DNA from: Chloroflexota bacterium
Lineage (GTDB): Bacteria > Chloroflexota > Anaerolineae > UBA2200
DNA: 64,000 nt
Reading direction: 5' to 3'
Assembly (NCBI GenBank): GCA_014360905.1
Contig: JACIWW010000001.1
Span: 146,692-210,691 of the forward strand
Shown here: one piece after another, positions 9,882 to 21,021 of the stretch
Numbering within the stretch: position 1 is the stretch's first letter
Layout: each line of letters opens with the position of its first letter
The notes under the pieces: model-generated
Database searches by the model: none
Told to the model about the DNA's origin: nothing
Seen by the model: the letters and a program-made list of their open reading frames with translations, nothing else
Translations under genes and position numbers: made by a program

Positions 9882-11771
9882 GTGAAAATGTTCGGCTACA
9901 TGGGGAAAATCCTACGCGTGAATCTCACCAACAACAGAATAACGGTCGAGAAGTTGGCAGAGGACGTTGCCAGAGCCTTCCTTGGCGGTAGAGGCTTGGG
10001 TGCGAAAATATTGTTTGATGAACTCAAGCCCGGCATTGACCCTCTAGGCCCTGAGAACAAACTGGTTGTAGCCGCCGGCGTGGTGACGGGCTTGCCTTTC
10101 GGCGGAAATTGCCGCTACGTCATTGCGGGCAAATCACCACTAACCGGCATTTGGGGAGAGTCGAACGCCAGCGGCTTCTTCGGGCCAGAACTCCGATTCG
10201 CTGGTTTCGACGCTATTATCATCGAGGGGCAGGCTGAAAAGCCAGTCTATCTGTGGATCCACAATGGCAAAGCTGAGATCAGAGCTGCCAGCCATCTGTG
10301 GGGCAAAATCACCGGGGACACCGAAAGGTTGATCAAAGAGGAGCTGAAAGATGAGCATATACGGATCGCCTTGATAGGGCCAGGTGGCGAGAATCTGGTG
10401 AGGTACGCTTGTGTGCTGAGCGATATCCACCATGCTAACGGCAGAAGTGGCATGGGTGCCGTGATGGGCTCAAAGAAGCTCAAGGCGATTGCGGTTCGTG
10501 GCACCCAGAAGATCCCGCTTGTAGACCGCGAACGAGTCCTCCAACTCGCTAAGCAAGCAAATCAGGAAGTGTGGGAAGGTGCCTACAAAGACCTATTGCA
10601 TAAGTATGGCAGCGACGGTGACTTGGATGACCTCCATGCCACAGGCCGATTGCCAACGAAGAACTTCCAAAAATGCACCTTCGATGATTATGAAAACATC
10701 ACTGGAGAAACCATCGCAGAAACAATCTTGGTAAGACGGGATCCCTGTTTTGCCTGCCCCGTGACATGCAACTTGGTAGTTGCTGCCAAAGAGCCGTACG
10801 AGGTTGATCCAACCTATGGTGGACCAGAGTACGAGACGGCCGCTGCCTTAGGCTCCCTGTGCATGAACGGCAACCTGGTTGTCTTGTGCAAGGCCAACGA
10901 ACTCTGCAATAAGTACTCGCTAGATACCATTTCGACCGGCGTGACGATCGCCTTTGCCATGGAATGCTACGAGAAGGGCCTGATCACTAAGGAAGACACT
11001 GGTGGGCTGGAGCTGACTTGGGGCAGCGACCAAGCGATCATCCAGCTCATCGAGAAGATTGCCAAACGAGAAGGCATTGGCAATCTGCTGGCTGAAGGAG
11101 TCAAGAGAGCAGCGGAGAAAATTGGCAGAGGCGCCCAGAGTTTTGCTATGCATATTAAGGGGCAGGAAGTGCCTATGCACGAACCCAGAGGAAAGAAAGG
11201 CGTTGGATTGTCCTATGCTGTCTCTAATCGGGGAGCCTGCCACCTTCAAGCCGAACACGACGACTTCTTCGAGGATCCTGCCTGGCTATTCCCCGAAATT
11301 GGCCTAGACAAGACAATAGACAGGCTAGATATGGGGAGAGAGAAAGCCAGGATGGTTAAGGTTTTAGGGGACTTTAAGGCTCTCTATGATAGCCTCTCTG
11401 TGTGCATGTATGCATCATGGCCCGAAGGCGGCGTCAGGTTGCAGACGATCAAAGATATAGTAGCAGCCGCAACCGGATGGGATGTCACCTTGGCTGAACT
11501 GATGACCGTCGGAGAAAGGGCATTCAACCTTTGCCGTGCTTTCAACGTTCGGGAGGGGATTTCGAGAAAAGACGATGTGCTACCCACACGGCTGATGGAG
11601 CCGCTTCCCGAAGGTCTGTATCAGGGTGAAGCCATCCCAGAGGACCAGTTCCGCCAAATGCTAGACTACTACTATGAGTTCCGGGGATGGAATAAAGAAA
11701 CAGGTATCCCAACTAAGGAAAAACTGGAGGAACTGGGGCTGGGATACGTGGCTGCAAAACTTAAGGCCTAA
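9882..11771 (+). CDS. Aldehyde:ferredoxin oxidoreductase (AOR family, tungsten/molybdopterin enzyme)
   Basis: 629 aa. MFGYMGKILRVNLTNNRITVE is a classic AOR N-terminus, and CFACPVTC is the CxxCxxxC 4Fe-4S motif. RBS AAGGAGGGTG. Confidence 0.8.
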   Translation: MKMFGYMGKILRVNLTNNRITVEKLAEDVARAFLGGRGLGAKILFDELKPGIDPLGPENKLVVAAGVVTGLPFGGNCRYVIAGKSPLTGIWGESNASGFFGPELRFAGFDAIIIEGQAEKPVYLWIHNGKAEIRAASHLWGKITGDTERLIKEELKDEHIRIALIGPGGENLVRYACVLSDIHHANGRSGMGAVMGSKKLKAIAVRGTQKIPLVDRERVLQLAKQANQEVWEGAYKDLLHKYGSDGDLDDLHATGRLPTKNFQKCTFDDYENITGETIAETILVRRDPCFACPVTCNLVVAAKEPYEVDPTYGGPEYETAAALGSLCMNGNLVVLCKANELCNKYSLDTISTGVTIAFAMECYEKGLITKEDTGGLELTWGSDQAIIQLIEKIAKREGIGNLLAEGVKRAAEKIGRGAQSFAMHIKGQEVPMHEPRGKKGVGLSYAVSNRGACHLQAEHDDFFEDPAWLFPEIGLDKTIDRLDMGREKARMVKVLGDFKALYDSLSVCMYASWPEGGVRLQTIKDIVAAATGWDVTLAELMTVGERAFNLCRAFNVREGISRKDDVLPTRLMEPLPEGLYQGEAIPEDQFRQMLDYYYEFRGWNKETGIPTKEKLEELGLGYVAAKLKA

Positions 11772-11791
11772 AGCGGAGTGGATGAACCGCT

Positions 11792-12070
11792 ATGAAGCTC
11801 ACCATCGGCTTCTATTGTGGACTTGCACGGCGTCTGAGCAAGGAAACAGAAGCGGAGATAGAGGTAAACGATGGCGCTACCCTGCGCGACGTTGGTGCAG
11901 CTCTGGCACAGAGATTTCCTGCCTTTTTGGGACCGCTCATCACTCCAGGGACACATGATCTCGTGGAACCGCACTTTTTCCATGTGAATGGCCGCCGCGC
12001 TGCTAACATGGATATGCCTGTGCAGGAAGGAGATCGCATCCTATTGATGACTGTTACAGCGGGAGGCTAG
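11792..12070 (+). CDS. MoaD/ThiS-like small sulfur-carrier/ubiquitin-fold protein
   Basis: 92 aa ending in a Gly-Gly C-terminus (...LLMTVTAGG), immediately downstream of the AOR gene. Confidence 0.5.
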   Translation: MKLTIGFYCGLARRLSKETEAEIEVNDGATLRDVGAALAQRFPAFLGPLITPGTHDLVEPHFFHVNGRRAANMDMPVQEGDRILLMTVTAGG

Positions 12071-12082
12071 AGGAGGCAGGAG

Positions 12083-12577
12083 TTGTGCCAGCAATCAGCA
12101 CCGAAGCGACTGCCACCCAGCGTACAAAGAGTTCAGGAAGCACTCCAGCACTTGGGCTTTCCATACCAAGTGCTGGAGTTGCCACAAAGCACGCACACGG
12201 CTGCCGAAGCCGCACAAGCCGTGGGCTGCACCGTTGGGCAAATCGTCAAGTCCCTGGTCTTCCGTGGCAAAGAGACGCACAAGCCCATCCTAGTCCTTGC
12301 CAGCGGTGCTAACCGCGTGAACGAAAAAATGCTCGCGCAACTAATCGGCGAGCCCGTCGAGAAAGCAGATGCCGACTATGTGCGCGAGCAAACCGGTTTT
12401 GCCATTGGTGGCGTGCCACCTATTGGCCACATCCAGCCGCTTCCAACTTATATTGACCATGATTTGCTGCAGTATGACGAAATCTGGGCAGCAGCCGGCA
12501 CGCCTCACGCTGTTTTCCGCCTCACGCCCACTGCTCTGGTGCGCATGACCGGTGGTACGGTCATCCCTGTCGCATAA
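12083..12577 (+). CDS. YbaK/ProX-type aminoacyl-tRNA trans-editing deacylase (free-standing)
   Basis: 164 aa. ...ILVLASGANRVNEKMLAQLIGEPVEKADADYVREQTGFAIGGVPPIGH is a YbaK/ProRS-associated domain. TTG start 6 nt after AGGAGG. Confidence 0.6.
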   Translation: MCQQSAPKRLPPSVQRVQEALQHLGFPYQVLELPQSTHTAAEAAQAVGCTVGQIVKSLVFRGKETHKPILVLASGANRVNEKMLAQLIGEPVEKADADYVREQTGFAIGGVPPIGHIQPLPTYIDHDLLQYDEIWAAAGTPHAVFRLTPTALVRMTGGTVIPVA

Positions 12578-12703
12578 CCACCCAGCTGCGCCCGGGCAGT
12601 GATGGACGATCATCAATAAGTGCCACCACGAATAGCGGCATGGTGCATCCGCTTATTCGGTGACATCTGCTATTCAACAACTTGCCCGAACCGTGCTAGC
12701 TAT

Positions 12704-12733
12704 TTGGCATAAGCATCAGGAGTGTGCTATAAT
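12704..12733 (+). promoter_or_regulatory. Sigma70-like promoter (TTGGCA-N18-TGcTATAAT) upstream of the large regulator gene
   Basis: TTGGCA at about 12704-12709 and an extended -10 TGcTATAAT at about 12725-12733, roughly 100 nt upstream of the ATG at 12837. Confidence 0.35.
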
Positions 12734-12836
12734 CACATTGGCACAGCCTGTTGTCTTTGGATAGCAGTAGTTCCTTCGTTGTCAACTGCACTCGTGAGGG
12801 GTTCCCCACGGAGTACTGAATAGAAAGGGACTCACC

Positions 12837-15800
12837 ATGCCTGCTTTGAGGCTGTATTTCCTTGGTCCGCTGGAGATCAGCTGGGATGGCCAGCCCTTGC
12901 CGACCCCTGCCACGCGTAAAGCGCAGTCCTTGCTCGCCTACTTGGTGATGAACCGCACCCGGCCACAACTTCGCGACCGCTTGGTTGATCTGTTCTGGGG
13001 AGAACAACCAATGCACAAGGCACGCCGTTCCCTTGCTACAGCGCTATGGCATATCCGTCGTTGCCTACCCACTGAACAGTTCATCCAGAGCGATGTATAC
13101 ACCGTCCAGTTTGTCGCACAAGGGAACCTATGGCTTGATGTAGACGAATGCGAATCCGCTCTAGGCGCCAACGACCTCTTTACTCTACAGCGCGGAATAA
13201 CGCTCTATCGAGGTGATTTCCTCGATGGTTTTTATGATGACTGGGTAATCAACGAACGCTACCGGCTGCAGAGCCTCTTCCTGGAAGGCCTCTCGCGTCT
13301 GATAGCTGGCTACGAGGCAGTGGGAAATCATCGCGCAGCATTGGCTACTGCACTCCGTCTCCTGGAGTGTGATCCGTTACGAGAGGATGCGCATCGTGCG
13401 GCCATGCGGGCCTATTGCCAATTAGGACAGCGCAACGCAGCTTTGCAGCAATATGCACGTTGCCGTGCCATCGTCCGGGAAGAGATAGATGTTGAGCCGA
13501 CAGCGGAAACGACTGAGCTTTACCAGCGCATCCTGGATGGCCGGCATCCAGTAGTCCCAGCTGTAGATGCTGTCCAAATCACTACCCCAAACCCGGTGCC
13601 GACAGCTCCGCGCACATACGGCCCACCACAGATTGCAGAACCTACACGACTGGTTGGACGAGAGAACGAACTAGCCTTCTTGCTGGAGAGCTGGCAATCA
13701 GCGACAGAAGGTAAAGGCGGCTTTGTGCTGATCGAGGGCGAGGCAGGTGTGGGCAAAACCCGTCTCGCGCAGGAGCTGGCCAATCGTCTGCATTGGCGGG
13801 GGGTGCGCCTGCTGTGGGGCCGTTGTTACGAGTTCGAGCGGCATCTGCCATACCAGCCCATCGCCGAATCTTTGCGCTCCATCTTGCCAACCATATCAGC
13901 AACAGAACTGGAGTGCTTCCCAACCTGGGTGCTAGCTGAGGTATCGCGCCTGGTACCTGAACTGGCCGAGCGCCGCCCAGGGCTTTCGCTACCAGTGCTA
14001 AATAGCCTGGATGAAGAACGGACACGCTTGTTTGACAGCGTGGTCCGATTCGTGGCCGAGTTATCCTCTCACGAGGCAATCCTTATGGTCCTCGAAGACC
14101 TGCACTGGGCCACTGATTCGACACTGCAATTGCTCCATTATCTGGTCCGTCAAACCTTGCATTCTCCCATTTTGATTGTAGGCACGTTCCGCGCAGAATC
14201 GGTCGGTGTCGGACATCCATTACATGGGCTGATGTCGGTATTGTCTCAGGAGGGATACTGCAAGCTGCTCAGGCTTGCTTGTCTCTCCGCTGCAGCAGTG
14301 CAGGACTTGCTCATTGAGATGTCGGGCGCAGGGGACAGCGTTCTACCTTTGGCCAAACGCTTGCACGCAGAAACGGAGGGTAACCCCTTCTTTCTTATGG
14401 AAACCGTCCAGGCACTATTTGAGACGGGCACACTGTATAGGGAAGAGGGAGTGTGGAGTGGCGACTTTGCCCGATTGAGCTGTGGGCATCTTCCGCTCCC
14501 TACAAGCATCAGCGCGGCCGTGCAGGCCCGAGTGAACCAGCTGAGCGAGGCAGCGCAGGAAGCATTGCATGTTGCCTCTGTAGCCGGTATGGAATTTGAC
14601 TTCGACCTGCTCCGAACCGCGTGGCAGCATGACACAGAAGAAACACTGCAGGCTTTGGACGACTTGCTCCGGTATAGAGTGATCGAAGAACACATGGATC
14701 CCCTGGGTCGTGACTATGCCTTTGTCCATCAAAAGATCCAAGAGGTTGTCTATGCTAGCCTTCCGTTGCGGCGGAGGCAGTACTTACATGCCTTGGTGGG
14801 ACAGGCCATGGAGTGCATCTACAGGAGTAAGATAGAACAGTTGGCAGGTGAGCTTGCCTTTCACTTTCAGCATGGCCGCTTGGTGGCACCAGAACTCACT
14901 GAAAAGGCGTTCCGCTATCTCCTACAGGCTGGAGACCGGGCACGACTGCTTGGCGCTCACAGCGAGGCGCTGGATTTCTATCATAGAGCATTACCACTAT
15001 TGGAGGAGTTGGACCTACCTGACCTGGCCGCTCGCACATGGATGAAGACAGGACTCGCTCATCACAATGCTTTCCAGTTTCGCGCGGCCCACCGCGCCTA
15101 CGAGCAGGGATTCACTCTCTGGAAGAAGGCTCAGGCGCAACAACCAGCTCGCCTAGCCGCCGCGCCACATGCACTCCGCGTGGCATGGTGGGACCCGACT
15201 ACCCTTGACCCTGCCCTATCAGGTGAGACCGCTTCTGGGGGCGTGATAGACCAGCTATTCTGTGGCCTAGTGGAGCTGAGCGCGGACATGGAAATCCTGC
15301 CCTCAATCGCTGAGAGTTGGGAAGTTCTCGACGGGGGTCGCCGCTACGTCTTTTATCTCCGGGAGGACGCGCGGTGGAGCAATGGCCATGCGGTAACAGC
15401 ACATGATTTCGAGTTTGCCTGGAAAAGGGCGCTGGACCCTAAAACTGGCGCGCCGCTGGCCAGTGCCCTGTATGATATCAAAGGAGCCAAAGTTTATCAC
15501 GAAGGAGCCATGTTTGACCAGACACAGCTCGGCGTAAGCGCTCTGAACGACACCACTCTGTCCATCGAACTAGCCGAACCCGCGGGTTATTTCCTGCAAA
15601 TTTTGGCTCTCCCGGTGGCTTATGCAGTTCCGCACTCTGTGGTGCAACAGCACGGGCCAGCCTGGACTGACTTAGCTCATCTGGTAGTCAATGGCCCCTT
15701 TCAGATCGAAGCCTGGAGGCATGGCGAATCCATGACACTGGTACGCAACCCAGCTTACTCCAGTCGTTCCAGGGGTAACGTGCAACACGTGGAGCTATGC

Positions 15801-16655
15801 CTCCTTGGCAGGGACACTGCGAAAGTTCTCTATGATGCGCACGAGCTAGACTTGTTCGATTTGCGGGGCCTGGTATCAGCCGAACTGGACCGCTTGCGCC
15901 AGATACACGCCGAGGACTATATCTCCGTCCCATGTCCTACCACCTGGTATCTGGCCTTTGACACAAGGAAACCGCCTTTTGATGACATGCGTGTACGACA
16001 GGCTCTTGCCTTGGCTATTGACAAGGAGAGGCTAGTCAATGTAGCCACAGGTGGTATCCACTCGCCGGCAAGTGGTGGTTTAGTGCCACCAGCCATGCTC
16101 GGTTATTCACCAGGCATTGCTCTGCCTTACCACCTAGAGCGAGCTCAACAACTTCTTGCGGAAGCTGGCTACCCCGGAGGGAGTGGCTTTCCAAGCCAGG
16201 AGCTGCAATGCGACGCTTATCCACGTACGGGGCCTCTAGCCAGCGAATTACAGAGGCAGTGGCAAGAGCACCTCCACATTCTGGTTCCCTTCGAGCTGCC
16301 GACTCTGCCCAGCTTCATGCACAGGGTGGAAGACAAATCCTCCCACCTTTTCCTCAGTGGCTGGGCGGCTGACTACCCCGACCCCGATAATTTCCTACGC
16401 GTCTGCTTGCAATGGCAGCGGACAGGGTGGCAAAACACGGCGTACAGCACGCTAGTGGAAAAAGCCAGGCAAACACCGCAGGCTGTCGAACGCATGCAGT
16501 TGTTTGGAGAAGCCGAGCGCATCCTGATCGCGGAGGCAGCGCTTATCCCCCTGACTCACGAGCGGCTGCACCTCCTGGTCAAGCCCTGGGTCAAGCTCCC
16601 CTTATCACCATTCAGATGGTGGTTCTGGAAGGACGTCATTATCGCTGCACATTGA
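12837..16655 (+). CDS. Multidomain one-component regulator: SARP/OmpR-like wHTH + BTAD + STAND/AAA ATPase + TPR-like region + C-terminal family-5 solute-binding-protein (SBP_bac_5) domain
   Basis: The N-terminus LRLYFLGPLEISWDGQPL...LLAYLVMN...LWHIRRCL is a SARP DNA-binding pattern, followed by a BTAD. The Walker A is GEAGVGKTRLAQEL. The C-terminus (ESWEV..DGGRRYVFYLRED..WSNGHAVTAHDF...GPFQIEAW...VRQALALAIDK...GWAADYPDPDNFL) is an unmistakable OppA/DppA-type fold. There is no signal peptide. Confidence 0.7.
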   Translation: MPALRLYFLGPLEISWDGQPLPTPATRKAQSLLAYLVMNRTRPQLRDRLVDLFWGEQPMHKARRSLATALWHIRRCLPTEQFIQSDVYTVQFVAQGNLWLDVDECESALGANDLFTLQRGITLYRGDFLDGFYDDWVINERYRLQSLFLEGLSRLIAGYEAVGNHRAALATALRLLECDPLREDAHRAAMRAYCQLGQRNAALQQYARCRAIVREEIDVEPTAETTELYQRILDGRHPVVPAVDAVQITTPNPVPTAPRTYGPPQIAEPTRLVGRENELAFLLESWQSATEGKGGFVLIEGEAGVGKTRLAQELANRLHWRGVRLLWGRCYEFERHLPYQPIAESLRSILPTISATELECFPTWVLAEVSRLVPELAERRPGLSLPVLNSLDEERTRLFDSVVRFVAELSSHEAILMVLEDLHWATDSTLQLLHYLVRQTLHSPILIVGTFRAESVGVGHPLHGLMSVLSQEGYCKLLRLACLSAAAVQDLLIEMSGAGDSVLPLAKRLHAETEGNPFFLMETVQALFETGTLYREEGVWSGDFARLSCGHLPLPTSISAAVQARVNQLSEAAQEALHVASVAGMEFDFDLLRTAWQHDTEETLQALDDLLRYRVIEEHMDPLGRDYAFVHQKIQEVVYASLPLRRRQYLHALVGQAMECIYRSKIEQLAGELAFHFQHGRLVAPELTEKAFRYLLQAGDRARLLGAHSEALDFYHRALPLLEELDLPDLAARTWMKTGLAHHNAFQFRAAHRAYEQGFTLWKKAQAQQPARLAAAPHALRVAWWDPTTLDPALSGETASGGVIDQLFCGLVELSADMEILPSIAESWEVLDGGRRYVFYLREDARWSNGHAVTAHDFEFAWKRALDPKTGAPLASALYDIKGAKVYHEGAMFDQTQLGVSALNDTTLSIELAEPAGYFLQILALPVAYAVPHSVVQQHGPAWTDLAHLVVNGPFQIEAWRHGESMTLVRNPAYSSRSRGNVQHVELCLLGRDTAKVLYDAHELDLFDLRGLVSAELDRLRQIHAEDYISVPCPTTWYLAFDTRKPPFDDMRVRQALALAIDKERLVNVATGGIHSPASGGLVPPAMLGYSPGIALPYHLERAQQLLAEAGYPGGSGFPSQELQCDAYPRTGPLASELQRQWQEHLHILVPFELPTLPSFMHRVEDKSSHLFLSGWAADYPDPDNFLRVCLQWQRTGWQNTAYSTLVEKARQTPQAVERMQLFGEAERILIAEAALIPLTHERLHLLVKPWVKLPLSPFRWWFWKDVIIAAH

Positions 16656-16823
16656 GCGGAATTTGACGCTTTTTTGATACCCCTGTGCTAAACTGGCGAT
16701 AGTACCAGATTGGAGCCGGACAAACCTGCCAAGGTCCGTGCTGATACTATGATTCAGTCACCCAAAACCCTGACCTTGGTATGAGAGTGTTGAGAAACCT
16801 TGCCACCCTGAAGGGAGTATATC

Positions 16824-20642
<3,819 letters not shown>

Positions 20643-20747
20643 AACGGGAAAGAGAAGGAACAGTGGGCTAGCCCTGCGCAAGGCACCTCGCGGCTACGGC
20701 GGTGACAACCGTCCCTTGCCTGTCAGAGCACAGGTGCCTCAGGCAGG

Positions 20748-20765
20748 CCGTGCCAGCGGGCACGG
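20748..20765 (+). terminator. Stem-loop (CCGTGCC-agcg-GGCACGG) downstream of the BNR gene
   Basis: Perfect 7-bp stem with a 4-nt loop followed by TTGCTTAACTGGTTGTT, about 100 nt after the stop at 20642. Confidence 0.3.
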
Positions 20766-20820
20766 TTGCTTAACTGGTTGTTCTACTACGATGAGGAAAG
20801 CGGAGATAAAGGAAAAAGAC

Positions 20821-21021
20821 ATGGAACGAGGATCGCTCCCTGTGATGAATACCTTCGTTGTGCGCCTGTGGACGGAGCGGTCAGCCGAAGGAGCCCATTG
20901 GCGAGGGCGGATTGAGCATGTGCAAAGCAGAGAAAGTGCCATATTCTCTGATACAGAGGGCATGCTGGACTTTATCGGGCGTTTCGTGGAGATGAACCGA
21001 GGGAAGGAGAGTACAGGATGA
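20821..21021 (+). CDS. Small hypothetical protein (about 66 aa) translationally coupled to the downstream secreted peptidase gene
   Basis: RBS AAGGAAAAAGAC before the ATG at 20821, and the stop overlaps the next start (ATGA at 21018-21021). No recognisable domain. An alternative start is the ATG at 20791. Confidence 0.35.
   Translation: MERGSLPVMNTFVVRLWTERSAEGAHWRGRIEHVQSRESAIFSDTEGMLDFIGRFVEMNRGKESTG

Noticed and set aside
12696-13016. 106-aa ORF on the - strand overlapping the promoter and 5' end of the large regulator gene
   Set aside because: Antisense to a strongly supported gene and promoter, with no RBS and no recognisable domain.
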